Assembly (NCBI GenBank): GCA_010405405.1
Contig: MU004231.1
Coordinates: forward strand, 1,867,784 to 1,931,783
Length of the DNA: 64,000 nt
Direction: 5' to 3'
Source: Microthyrium microscopicum
Taxonomy: Eukaryota
Positions within the stretch are counted from its first letter, which is position 1. Each line of letters starts with the position of its first letter. A program made the translations under genes and the position numbers. This document shows positions 42,252-54,539 of this stretch, piece after piece. Below the pieces are notes generated by a model. It saw only the letters and a list, made by a program, of their open reading frames with translations, did no database searches and was not told the origin of the DNA.

Positions 42252-43266
42252 ATGGCCGAACTCAACTATGCCCGCTACGGCAAGGACAACATCCGCCTGT
42301 TCAAAGTCGACCGCGATGCAAAGGCCGGCACCCAAACCGTCACCGAAATGGTCGTCTGCGTCCTTCTCGAAGGCGACATTGAGACTTCGTGAGCTCATCT
42401 TTGATTCAATCTCCCATCTATTGCTAACATTGCGATCTTAGCTACACCGAAGCTGACAACTCCGTCGTCGTAGCCACGGACACCCAAAAACAAACCACCT
42501 ACATCATGGCCAAACAAAACCCCATAAACCCACCCGAAGTCTTCGGCGCCCTCCTTGCCGACCACTTCGTCAAGACCTACTCACACATCCACGGCGCCCA
42601 CGTCAAGGTTACTCAACACCGCTGGACACGCATGATCGTTGATGGCAAACCGCATCCGCACTCTTTCCTTCGCGACTCGGATGAGATACGCGTGGTTAAT
42701 GTACATGCCCAAGATGGTGGAAAGGGCATCACTATCCGCTCTGGTATTGAGAAGTTGCTTGTGCTCAAGAGCACTGGCTCAGCGTTCTATGGCTTCCACC
42801 GCGATGTGTATACTCAGCTTCCAGAGACCTGGGATCGTATTCTCAGCACGGAGGTTGAAAGTGGCTGGACATACAAGACCTTTGGCACTCTGCCAGAAGT
42901 ACAATCGTACGCGGAGAAGTTCAACGATACATGGAAGGCGGCGCGTGAGATCACACTCAACACATTTGCCAACGAGTCATCTCCAAGTGTGCAGAACACC
43001 ATGTACAAGATGTGCGAACAGATCTTGGCTGCGGTCCCAGCCGTGGAGAAGGTTGAATACAGCTTGCCCAACAAGCATTACTTCGAGATTGGTATGTTAT
43101 TCTCCACTCTACTACTACTTCAACTGCTAACCAAGACACAGATTTGAGCTGGCACAAGGGCCTCAAGAACACCGGCAAAGATGCCGAAGTTTATGCTCCA
43201 CAGTCAAACCCCAACGGCCTTATCCAATGCACCGTTTCCCGCAAAGGTGGCAAGGCCAAGTTGTAG
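42252..43266 (+). CDS. uaZ: Urate oxidase (uricase), peroxisomal
   Basis: YGKDNIR, VVATDTQK, LKSTGSAF, SVQNTMY, PNKHYF; ends AKL. Introns 42389-42441 and 43092-43141. Confidence 0.97.
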
Positions 43267-43784
43267 ATTGACTACGATCTTATGAAAAGAGTTGATGGAG
43301 AGGTTTTTGTTATGATATGAGAGTAGAAAGCAGCAAAGAGTTGCAATATTCCCCCTTACGCAGTGGGCAGCATTTCAGTGCTTGCCTTCAATTTTGGATT
43401 TCGATTGATTGATTTTGTACATATTTTACAGTTTGGAGTGTATTTGGCATACACAAAATAGTGGCCTCGTATGAATTCATGACCCATAAACACGCTGCAA
43501 CCAATAAGTGACGTGCTCCTGTCTCCATAGCTGGCTGCCATCCCCGATGCTTGTGTCTTCGAGTGCTCTCTTTTCCAGTAAATGTAAGCTTGTGTAACAG
43601 CCTTGCTTCCAGCGCGAGTTGGCGATTTCCCATATGAAGCGGTGATAGCCGACGTCGTTGATAAAAGCGTGGTCTGATATCCGTACCCCCTGCCCGAGGA
43701 TTTCTATCGCTGTTGAGAACTTTCGCCATGCAATGCCCAATGTTCAAAACAATGCTCTTCAAAGTATAGAATCTCGTCCGTGTA

Positions 43785-44459
43785 TTATATCTTGACTTCC
43801 GCAACCCATTCCTTATCCCTCCTCGCCTTCTCCGCCGCCATCTTAGTCATCGCCTCCTCCACAATCAAGTTCTTCACACCCTGCATCGGATACTTGACCA
43901 CGTTGGCCTTATATGGATGACTCGCCGTCTCAAACGCTATAAATCTCGTTAGCCAATATTCCCATATCAACTATATACCACATCCCGTCTCATCTTTCCA
44001 CCAGCTTCCATTCAATTGACATACCTCTTAGCCTAGCCAATCTAACATCCCTCAACCGATTCTTCGGCAACATGCCCCTAACCGCCCTCCTCAGCACCTC
44101 TCCACCACCCCACTTCTCCATCAACCGCTCCATACTAATACTCTTTAGACTACCCGGCCGTGTGGTATGTGTATAGTATAGTTTCTGCTCCATCTTCCGC
44201 CCAGAAGTCTTGAGCTGGGCGCAATTCACCGCCACAATATAATCTCCGCAGTCCGTTGAGGGGCTATATGTAGGTTTGTGCTTGCCCATAAGTGCGATGG
44301 CTATTCTTGAGGCGACGCGGCCGAGGGTGAGTGGGGAGGCGGCGAGGTCGACGTGGTGCCAGGTTCGGGCGTGCGCGAGGCGCGTCTGGGAGAGATGGTT
44401 AGTTGGTGTGGGAGGGGGGAAGATGGGAAGGGACGAACGCGGCCGATTGTTTGGGACAT
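43785..44459 (-). CDS. MRPL23: Mitochondrial ribosomal protein uL13m
   Basis: MSQTIGR|TRLAHARTWHHVD...LGRVASRIAIALMGKHKPTY...AVRGMLPKNRLR. Introns 44438-44386 and 44024-43937. Confidence 0.93.
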
Positions 44460-44842
44460 TGTTATGAAGTTGGCATTGATGTATGGGCAATGGGACTGGT
44501 GATACTGATCTCAATGGGGAGGAGTTGAGATGGAAGTCGTTCGCCAAGAAATGTCAAAATTTTGGAGTTGTAGGGCTAGGGTTGACCAGTCAATTTTCTC
44601 GATGAACTTTGGGTGGCGACATCAGAACGATAAGAAAATCTCAATGAAATGTGTGATGATGAAGAAATATTTAATGTGTATTGAGAATCTAGATTTTGGT
44701 GTTACTCGATTTGAGTATCCCTAACAGGTATTATACGCTGAATGCAAACAATGCAACATCCACCACCAAAACGCCATGCACCCATCTGCTTCAACCATGT
44801 AATTAAATCCCCTCTAGTATATGTTTTTCACCCGAAACAAGA

Positions 44843-45868
44843 TTAGACGTTTTTCTTGACAGAACGTTTGGCCTTTTCAGCAGCTTTGGCGGATCTCTTG
44901 GCCTTGAATGCCTCAGTACCGGTTTCGGTACACATGAAGTAGTCCCACCATCTAAAGCTGCTGGAATAGTTGCCAACAAACTTCTCGTGGTGAACATCAT
45001 GATGCTCAGCTCCGGCCCAAAATGGTAAGATGTGGTGTAGACTCCATGGGAATTCATAGCCCGAGTGTGCGTCAATGGCTTGAAAAAGACGGCAGACAAT
45101 CCAGAGGTACATCGTCAAAATATGAAGATCACCACCTGAAAGTGCGCAAAAAAGAATAGGCGATCCGACAGTTCCTAGCCCAAGGCACATGACTTCGATG
45201 GGCGAGGCGTATTCCGCAGCAAGACCGAAAGGAGCTGAATATTGGTGGTGGATTTTGTGGACGTTCTTGTACATGAAGGTCGATTCGTGCATGAGGCGGT
45301 GGGTCCAGTAGTGCCATGTATCTTCCATGACAAAGAAAACGGCGATTTGGAAGGCGATTTTCCATAGAGGAGGGAAAGGTACGGTGGTTTGGAGGCCGAA
45401 ATATTGGCACAATGGATGGAAGAACCTGACTGTATGAGTATGGGAGCGATTGTGGATGAACAAACACTCTACTTACCAGATTTGAGGGAGCTCAACGGTG
45501 AAATGACTGAGCAGGACCAACATGGCGCATTGAAATTGTTCGTAGGCAGAAGGAATCTTGTGATTTTGGATCTTGTATCGGCGGAAAAGAGAGGGTAAAC
45601 AATCGATGATGATCCATGGAAGTGACCGTCCAAAATAGACGGATTCGTGCATTACGAAGGACATTATCCCCGTAGCGAGAATATCATTGTTCATGTAGGC
45701 ATACCAGCCAGCCCAGAGTTTTTCAAAGTAATTGAGTGCTGGGTATTGAGCGCCAATCTTATCGACCTGAGCCCAGTACTCTGGCGCAGCGTATGAAGGA
45801 AACGCGGTGGAGTTCCTGTAGACCGGTTAGTGAGAGGCAATTGAGGGTGATGGAAGCAAGGCGTACAT
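44843..45868 (-). CDS. ERG25: C-4 methylsterol oxidase
   Basis: His boxes HYWTH, HKIHH, HDVHH. ATG split by intron 45866-45816; second intron 45476-45426. Confidence 0.95.
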
Positions 45869-46211
45869 ATTGGCAATTGATCCCGACACTGCTTGAGGAG
45901 TGTAATGCAGTGTTTGAAGAAGAATCAAAAGAGGGAAATGGGCGAAGTTAACAGGGGCGTGTAGAAGTGCAGATGGGAGGGAGGAGGCAATTGAAGATGG
46001 TGGAATTGGGAAACCGCGAAAATCAACCCATCGCCATCCCTGCTCTTTCCGGACCCGGTAGCCAATCACAGAGCTCGGATTGAGGGCTAGATCTGTCAGG
46101 GTCTGGCACATCCCTGTCGGCTTTTGACCATCCGCTCCCCTCCAAAATCGCATGCCTTTTTAACTTCAACCTTTGATATCGGGCAAGCTTCAACCGACAA
46201 ACTCCGCTATC

Positions 46212-47267
46212 ATGCCACCAGCCTCCAAGAAAGATACCGCTCTCTATGGCGTACAGAGACCCAAGAAACTGAAAGGATCAGAAATCTCGTCTTCAAATTC
46301 CTTTGCCTTCACTTCGCAGCTCAGCTCCCTCATCTCAAACTCCGCCACTCGTTCAGAAAAGACTGTAGGCAGACAACGCCCCAAGAAGGAAGATATTTTC
46401 TCCACACATAACAAGAATGTCAAGAAACGCGCGTTAAAAGACCTCGAAGACTCAGACTTCACCCAAAAACATTCCACATCAAGCGATGCCGTCGACGAAG
46501 CAACATGGCATCGCGCCAAGCGGAGAATGGAGGAGAAGGCGCGTCTCTATGCCGCCATGAAGCGTGGTGATGTTGAAGATGAGAATGAGAAATACGCGGT
46601 AGACTTTGATCGCAAATGGGTTGAGGCTCAAGAAACAGGTGCTGCAAATGAGGACACGTCTGAAGGCGAGGATGATGATGCCAGCGATGAAGAGCTCGTT
46701 GAATATGTGGATGAATTTGGTCGCACACGGCAAGGCACTAAAGCCGAGGTTGCTCGCGAACAACGGATAATGAACGGGGGCACAGATGAACCTGACCGGT
46801 TTACTGCTAGACCGAAGATGCCGTCCAATATCATCTATGGAGCCACAATTCAGACCAACGCGTTCAATCCTGAAGAGCCTGTTGCCGCACAAATGGCAGA
46901 GCTTGCGGCGAATCGAGATAAAGAACCTACTCCTCCTCCGGATGAGCACTTTGATGGACGAAAGGAAATCCGGACTAAAGGTGTTGGCTTCTTTGCCTTT
47001 TCTGGCGACAACGATGAGCGAAAGCGTCAAATGGAAGCTCTTGAAAAGGAGCGTGCAGAAACTGAGCGCAAACGCGCCGATTTGGTAAAGCGAAGAGAGG
47101 AGCGACAAAAAGAAATGGAAGAGCGGCAGAAACTCGTTTCGGAAACCAAATCCAAGGCGCAGGCGGATAAGTTCCTACATTCTTTGATGGGCGAGATCTC
47201 TGAAAATCTTCCCACAGAAAAGGCGCCTTCTCCGAAACATAAGCATCACGAAAACGATCAATCATGA
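46212..47267 (+). CDS. CCDC174/DUF4078-like nuclear coiled-coil protein
   Basis: MEEKARLYAAMKRG, EYVDEFGRTR, HFDGRKEIRTKGVGFFAFS. ATG at 46212. Confidence 0.85.
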   Translation: MPPASKKDTALYGVQRPKKLKGSEISSSNSFAFTSQLSSLISNSATRSEKTVGRQRPKKEDIFSTHNKNVKKRALKDLEDSDFTQKHSTSSDAVDEATWHRAKRRMEEKARLYAAMKRGDVEDENEKYAVDFDRKWVEAQETGAANEDTSEGEDDDASDEELVEYVDEFGRTRQGTKAEVAREQRIMNGGTDEPDRFTARPKMPSNIIYGATIQTNAFNPEEPVAAQMAELAANRDKEPTPPPDEHFDGRKEIRTKGVGFFAFSGDNDERKRQMEALEKERAETERKRADLVKRREERQKEMEERQKLVSETKSKAQADKFLHSLMGEISENLPTEKAPSPKHKHHENDQS

Positions 47268-47454
47268 TATCACCATTCACGTCTTTTACGATAGATCTTG
47301 ACCTATGCTTTGCTTCAAGATACCCAATATATTTTGTCACTGGTATGACCTGCGAGCACATAAAATATTCGATTACCCGAGGACAATTTGAGCATATCCA
47401 AAAAACGTCTGGAATAAATTCCTAGATTACCTCGGCCTATTATTCTTGCATTGG

Positions 47455-49399
47455 CTATGCACTCTTCTTCTGAACGCGAGATTTTCCTCTAACATGATGA
47501 AGTGACTTAGTTGGAGATGGTGTTTTAGGGGGTGTTATATTCCCAGAGCTGCGTCTCCTCGTAACAACTGTTTGAGTGTTCTGCTGCCAATGAGCTTTCG
47601 CATCACGGTAATTTTGTTCCCGCAGTCTATCAAGTACCCCATTGAGAGCATCTACGAACGAAAACCATCCAGGGAGCGCGTTCGGATTTTTGCAAGAATC
47701 CAACAAGACATCTTTGACTAGCGTTCTTGGACTATGGCGAATAAAGTCTGCGGGATTCTTGTGATATGTGTCCGGTCGTAATCTCTGTTCCATGAACGAG
47801 TTGACCTTCCAAGCCTCAAGGTACTGAGCTGCTAACTTCTGGATCGGCCTTGGAGGCACTATTGCCGCGTCGTTCACCAGAAAGTCTTTCTTTGGCGCCT
47901 TTTCCCATATTTCGGTCAATCTGAGGATCCTCTCCCTCAGCTCTTGCAGGTACGACTGATATTGCCCTACTCTGGTCTCGTCCCAGTCTTTGGCATGCGT
48001 AGCGTCTGCTGTGGCATTGCAAAGATTACTAGGATGATCATCTAGAACGAGGCAATTGACGCAGAAACTGTCCTTCTTCTCTTTACAATCCGTCCAAGAA
48101 TGCCCTGCTACACTGCAGAAGCGGCAAAAATGTTCAATGCCGTTGAACTTGGCAACAAATCGACCTTTGCTTCTGCCTGTTCTGCGTGATGTCTCGACAA
48201 TTAGGTCAAAAAAAGTTGAACCTGCGGGGTTCCTTTTGACACCTCTCCAGAAGCCTTTATCATCTGTCACAGCCTCCAGCTCATGAGGTTTAGAATTATC
48301 CAGGCCCCATTTAGCCATGCTTATTCCCATCAACACAGCAGTTATGAGTTGCCATGCTGCGTCGTTCCCGGCGTTATGGAGGTTCGGTGCGTTTTCCAGC
48401 TTCCAGTACCCCAGTATATGATCAAGCCTCTGTTTTCGCCCCCAGATCGAAGGTATGTGAGCCCAGGCTAAATATTGCGTATCTGTGATCCTTACGATAT
48501 GGTTAAGCTTATCGATATCATAATCAAAGTACTTAACCAAATCGTCCAGATCTCCTTGCGTATCGTGGCCTATGTAAAATATTTTCCGATACTGTGGATT
48601 TCCTTCCTCATCTTCACCGTCCGGGATGTTGAACATCTTCTCCAAAGCACTGCGTACATCTTTCTTGTTTATATATTCAGAGATGCCAAAGTCAAAGTCA
48701 TCATGATGCTGATCTAGATCCCCCTGTCAGTATATCTTTCCTTGCAGCCGGTCTTCCTAGGTACTTACAATTCACAGACTTTACATATTTCCCAGTCCCT
48801 TTCATTACAGAAGTCGGATTGATCAGATGAGCATACTCCTTAATCTTGATATGCTCAACCTCCATCTGTTCAAGAAAAGTCCGCGGCGTCTCATGAAAAT
48901 CCTTGACCTTTCGAGAATCGATCCTAGCTACACCGATTTCCGTGATCGGCTTAGGTGGTTCATGACCTCGCCCTGCTTCTTCATAAAACCACTTCTCAAG
49001 ATCAAAGGACATGATGATATAGTCTGCATCGGCTGCAAGAGTACCTTCCCAGTCCAGTAAGTGTAGCGCATGCTGCAATTCTTCCATATGTTCTGGATCT
49101 TTTTCATAGGGGTTGAGTGGCAACCTCTTGGCCTTTTTGGACGACTCCTTCTTCGCCGATGCATTTTTTGTAGGTAAAGGTGCCGGGCCTGCATTGGACG
49201 ATTCGCCAGCTGTAGCTACCCTGATGGGCCTTTGCGGCGAAGCGGCCTTTGTCTGGCTGCGGAGGACGCGCGTTGGAAGGACAAGCTTTGGAGAAGCGCT
49301 TCGCTTGGCACCTTTTGGACTGCTTCGCTTGGGAGATTTTGGACTACCTCGCTTTGGAGATTTGGCACTGCCTCGCGTTGGGGTTTTAGGACTACCCAT
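47455..49399 (-). CDS. DEDDh-family 3'-5' exonuclease (QIP/Gfd2/YDR514C-like) with N-terminal SPKR repeats and CCHC knuckles
   Basis: SFDLEKW, ITEIGVARID, FDFGISE, IGHDTQGDL, DTQYL, LHNAGNDA; knuckle CRFCSVAGHSWTDC. Intron 48768-48714 joins the two ORFs in frame. Confidence 0.8.
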
Positions 49400-50183
49400 T
49401 TTCAGTATCAATTTGCTACGCCGTTGGACTCTGTTCAGTTTGTAAAGAAGGTTTGTATGTAATTCAGGCTATGTGCTGAATGGGAAGTCAATTGAGAAAT
49501 AGCATATTTTAGACAAAGATGGAATAATCATTATATACAAAGAACTACTCTGCATCCGGTACTGTCTATGTTATTGTTTGAATAATGAGCTGAGCTTTTA
49601 TTTCTTGACTCTAAAATTCTTTGAGGAAATATCCATTGACGGATTTGGTGTGGCAAGGCTGAAAGCAAGGCTGTCTTTGTTTTGCAAATGCATCTGATTG
49701 GTTGATTGCTCTGTCACCAAACAAAGCCCACTCTCAGCTTACTTGCGATTTCTAGATTCCGAAAAAGGAGATGAGCTCTTCATATCTGATTATAGGGGTA
49801 GAGAATATCAAATAATCAGGCAAAATCTACGACGAGTGAATAGCAGGTACAGACGTTGCTGATATCTCTAGCTCATTACTAGAGTACTCGTAGCGATACC
49901 TGAGCTTGAAAGTTGAAATTGAAGGAGTGTGTGAATATGTCTAAATAACATGAAGTGCAAAAGCGTACCCATGATGTCCAAAAGCTCCTGCGTCCTATTA
50001 TTCGAATTGAAGGCCTCAAACAAGACAAGTTACAATGAAATAGCGTGCTCTCATGGAACGACGACCGTCGGCGCTTCTAACTAAGAACATGTCCCAAGCT
50101 GCCGACCGTTTTTGACCGAGTTTGATGGAAGTGCCCGAGGCTGCCATAGTGCGTCCGCTAGGTTCAAGTTCGAAGTTGAATTG

Positions 50184-51204
50184 CTAGCCACTAGACATAC
50201 CACTGCCACCAAGAGTGAGATCAGGACCGGCTCCATAATCTGGACCGAAATTTGGGTCATATTGTGGTACATCTGGTGTATATTGAGGGGCTCCACCGCT
50301 AGTATTGTATAGAGGCAGTGGCTCATTTGCGCCATCCACATGTTCGGCAAGCACTCTAGCTTCTTCTCGTAGAGCATTACGATGGTCTGTAACGGTTTGT
50401 GCGGCGGTTCTGAGTCTTGCCGCTGTAGCCTGCCGGTCTATAGTCTGCTGAGCGGTCATTGCCATGGCTACGGCTGCGTCGGCTTGAGCAATCATAAGAA
50501 CTAAACTTGCGATTTGTGCGGTGTCGGCCTCAATTTCTGCATTAAGTTCCAAGATTCTGCGCTGTACTGAATCGATGTCTTGTCGCCTGTATGTTTGTTA
50601 GAATGCTGAGCTCCATATATATTAAACCAGTCAACCCGTACTTTTCTAGCTCTGATACTGGAAAAGCCATGGAGTAAAGCTTTGGCATCTGTTGAATTTG
50701 ACTTGGTAGACTTGTGACACGTCAGTAACGGTGATATGAGCTTTGGCGCTTCACTTACTTCCAGGAACCTGCAAAGTTTGCACAGCCTACAGTCCATGAT
50801 CCGGGTGTGTACTTACACCCATCATCAATCTGTTGCCCGCCACTGATACAAGTTAGCACCGGGAGTTCAGGGCTAGTCTTTATTGCAGTGAATAAGAGAC
50901 TTTGTAGCATATGAGAGACGTCTTAAAGGGTAGGAGATGTTGTAGCAGAACCCCGAGACATGGTGGTAGATCTTGCGCTTCGTAGTGGATGATTTTTACC
51001 GTATTAGATAGACACATTGTAAACAAGATGGCAAATAAAGTAGTAGATCAGGAACATGGTGGAGTAAGGAAGACAACTTGATGGATGCGGAGACTATGAT
51101 CGATGGGAAAGTAGGTAGGTATCTTACTGAGGGTCGCGAGACATTGGGCGTCCATATCCAGTCTGAGCTAGAAGCCCCACGGATATCCAGTTGTAAACTC
51201 GCAT
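50184..51204 (-). CDS. Orphan 194-aa protein (Ala-rich coiled coil, Pro/Tyr/Gly tail), 5 predicted exons
   Basis: Exons 51204-51128, 50842-50817, 50768-50759, 50710-50642, 50586-50184 total 585 nt and stay in frame. The 3' part from ATG 50670 is better supported than the 5' exons. Confidence 0.5.
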
Positions 51205-52778
51205 GTCGTTGATGTCAAATCCTGTATAAAGGCTTTAGAGATGATGATAGATTTGTAGAATAATAGAATAGATATGATCAAGACATGAGAGCAAGCAGAA
51301 CTGAGTAATCTTTATACTCTTCTCTAAGGCTCCTCGGTCTTCAACACAACAGCTCACTCGAAGTCTTCCCCAAATGAAGCATGTTGGTGGAATGGCACCT
51401 GCGACCAGTAGAACTTCTATACTTCGCCCATGTATTCAGTCTTGACCTATATCTAGACTGAATGATGCAGCCAAGTATTCAGGATTTGACGCTCGGGGCT
51501 ACTTGGAACACTCTCATAGCATTTTTGCTTGGTAAAAAGTCACGATCCAACTCAAATTGTATTTTCTGGACTTGTAGCATTCATCACTGGATGGTAAAGG
51601 ATTTGCCAAGGGATATTTAGGCCGCACTGTCATCTGCAAGTCGATTCCATTCTTGAAGTAAAGAGTTCGTGAACCCGAGATATCGTCGTATCATTGGTAT
51701 ATTCCTTGATAGTAAGTTAGCAATAGATGTAAAATGGTGGCCCAGTCACTCCTGAAGACCTTGGCTGGCAAACCCTGCCTCTTTCAAGTTCTAGATTCTC
51801 AGGAGCTTTGATGCTGGAAAGAAGACGCATTGATGTTGGCTCTAAGCGCAAGGATTCAAACTCTAGGTATTGGTTGATTCCTCTGTTACCAGGAGGCCAT
51901 TTCGGCGCTGCTCTCATCAGCTACCGTGTTTGCCGTAACACCTCTTGAGGAGAAAAAGGAGTTGCTTGTCAGGGAGTAAGTACGATTTGCAAGGTACAGT
52001 AGCTATACGCAATATGAGTCAAAACTTTACCTCCATGTAGAAAGTGTTATGGCAGACGTGGTAGTTTCTAGGGTACTCATTTCGGTTCAGATTTCATGCT
52101 CAAGCGCGAATAATAGGCACTTTAGCTTCGCTGGTAGACTTATAAGAATATGCAAATCTTGGCTTGGTGGTATGAGGCTGTTGTTTGATACGCTATAGCA
52201 CTCTTAACGCCAACTATGCAGTACACACGATCCACGTGCTGCGAGGCTGGCCATCATTACTGCGAGACCTGTCTTTGAGAGCTGTGCAAGGCCTGACTGA
52301 ATATTGAAATCCTCATGCGCTTCTCGTTTGGCGATATAACTTGGGGAGGATTCAGACTGCTGTTGGTGAAAGCTGGGCGTTGCAAGATGTTGGTTATGCA
52401 GCATATTCATTTATGGTGGCCGAGGCCATGTTGACGATATTGACCTGTAATTTTGCACCACTTGTTGGACACTAGCCGTTGGCTACGCAGTCATGTCAGC
52501 ATCGCCGCTCAAAGACAGGCAGAACCAAAATCATATTTTCGAAGCCTATACGTCACTTTTGTTCTGACATAGCTAAGCAAGTCGGCCATAACAAGTAGTG
52601 GAACAGGGAAGATATGAAGACTTCAAACAATCATGTAGGCTTTAGCCAAACACAAGCAGTTTGGCAGTTATATATAGAAACAATAGAAATTAAAGAAAGA
52701 CCAAGATCTATTTAAGGCAAAGAACTTCGCAATATATATAGATGCAAATAACCAAACATGAATCAGTGACTGATGCTC

Positions 52779-54539
52779 CTACCAAGCATTGCCGCACACA
52801 ATGTCCATGAATATAGTCTCCCGTATTGGCCAGCCAGTCACAAAAGTATACCAATACATGAATCTAGTCTCCTGTGTGTATTCGTATTTCAAAGTGTCAT
52901 CCCTGTCGCTATTTGAAATCGACTTCTCATACCTCAGCTCCAACCCGAGCGGTCTGATATGTTCCGGTGGATAGATGTAAAACGCCTTTAACTTGGAATC
53001 CTTACCAATTGCTTGCTTAACAGAGTTCGTGAATTCCGAAAATCTGACATCCCATTGAGAAGGACCACCTGCAGGTAAGACTTCTCTGGTAGGGCGATGA
53101 TCAAGTGTTGAAAAATCCAGTATGAGTCTGAGATTTGGAGAGTTCAGCTGTCCTATAGAACGAACCCAGGATCTAGGTAAGCCGGGCCCTTGTTGAAGAG
53201 AAGCAAGATTGCTGCGTTCTTCTGTAGCTATTTCACCGTTCATAGGTAAAACAAGCTGGACAGATCGTAGGTGCTGGCCTGCCGTTGATGGGATATGTTG
53301 AAAAAAGGAAGAGTAGGGACGAGCAGGCTGATGGGTCCAGAATTCCAGATCCAGAACATAGTCTCGAAAATTATGCGGGAGGGTGTAACCGCAATTGGGA
53401 AGGATAATGAAGTGATTTTCTCTGTAGAACATGCAGATGGCTGCTTGATGGAACTGTCTATTCAGAAGAAATAGCTCAACAGGGAAAGACCAGCACTGGC
53501 ACGAGGTTGCAAAAGCGGTGCGGGAACGGTTCCAACCTTTGACAGCCTTGCAGTTGTGGCCATTTTGGAAATAGTCCAAGTGTAGATTGAAGCCTGGTCT
53601 TAAGCCAGTCGCTTTCCATTCCACGTCTTTTGGGGCAATCAGGCCCATGTTCTCGAACACTTTCCATCGAAGTTCCATCGGCAGTTTTGACAGGTCGACT
53701 GGCTGATGTCCCATGATTTTGTCGATTGTCTTCCTGGCCACATTGCGAATGTTTTCGTCGCTTCTGGTCGAAAATCGTATAGAGCAGTCTTTCGGTCGTG
53801 GAAATCGGGAGATAGCTTCTGAGAAAGCCTCCGCCGTCGCAACATCCTCTGAATCGCATATGATACCTAAAGTCAAATTCTTTGTCTTCAGAAATGGACC
53901 AATCGTGGAGACAAGATCTTCAAACTCCACTAGCACTCTTTTGCCCCTTGCTGTCGAAATCCGTAATGCTGCGTCAGAGTTTCCGCAAATGCAATGCTGA
54001 TAAATGTTTTGACTGGCAACAGGTTCATTGCAAAAGCAAGTACAAAAAGTGTCCCGATGTTTCAAAGTGTGCTCATTCATCCATCCATGCGTCATGAGAG
54101 ACGTGTTCAACTCTATTTGTACCGATGAAAGACAGCTCAGGCTGCTCGGTGAAAGACGTGATAAAGCTTTCAGGCCGTTATAAGCACACCGATGAACCAC
54201 AAACTTGTTGCGACTGTAGAAGATTTTCATTGCCTCCGATGAGACGGTGCGACCCGAATGGAAAAGACTTCGGACTGTGTCCAAATCAAGTTTACAGTCA
54301 GATTTCATATCCACACCGCGTCGCACGCAGGGCCCTAGAACGGAACTTTCGAAGCGCAAATTTGCGCGGTCGACATATTTGAATCCACCGCTCTCTTTGA
54401 TTGGCAAGCCAGATTCAATGGCATCCGGCTGTCCGTTGAGGGAAACAGTGCAGCATATAACTGCAGCATGTATATATATGGCCTTGCGAACTTTGTAAGG
54501 TAGATCTAAGAATGTTAATGCGGCAGAAGTTGTCGACAT
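52779..54539 (-). CDS. Fungal F-box-like protein with an internally duplicated domain
   Basis: 586-aa intronless ORF with FLDLPYKVRKAIY...FYSRNKF and LSKLPMELRWKVF...FYRENHF. Confidence 0.75.
   Translation of the reverse strand: MSTTSAALTFLDLPYKVRKAIYIHAAVICCTVSLNGQPDAIESGLPIKESGGFKYVDRANLRFESSVLGPCVRRGVDMKSDCKLDLDTVRSLFHSGRTVSSEAMKIFYSRNKFVVHRCAYNGLKALSRLSPSSLSCLSSVQIELNTSLMTHGWMNEHTLKHRDTFCTCFCNEPVASQNIYQHCICGNSDAALRISTARGKRVLVEFEDLVSTIGPFLKTKNLTLGIICDSEDVATAEAFSEAISRFPRPKDCSIRFSTRSDENIRNVARKTIDKIMGHQPVDLSKLPMELRWKVFENMGLIAPKDVEWKATGLRPGFNLHLDYFQNGHNCKAVKGWNRSRTAFATSCQCWSFPVELFLLNRQFHQAAICMFYRENHFIILPNCGYTLPHNFRDYVLDLEFWTHQPARPYSSFFQHIPSTAGQHLRSVQLVLPMNGEIATEERSNLASLQQGPGLPRSWVRSIGQLNSPNLRLILDFSTLDHRPTREVLPAGGPSQWDVRFSEFTNSVKQAIGKDSKLKAFYIYPPEHIRPLGLELRYEKSISNSDRDDTLKYEYTQETRFMYWYTFVTGWPIRETIFMDIVCGNAW

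Noticed and set aside
43350..43400. Hairpin followed by Sm-like AATTTTGG with faint U4 snRNA resemblance
   Set aside because: Far too short for U4, other snRNA elements are absent, and it lies in the probable uricase 3'UTR.
45990..46140. Sterol regulatory (SRE/AtrR-like) sites upstream of ERG25
   Set aside because: Only loose matches (atcaacccat, CGG-N11-CCG, CCAAT); not distinguishable from chance.
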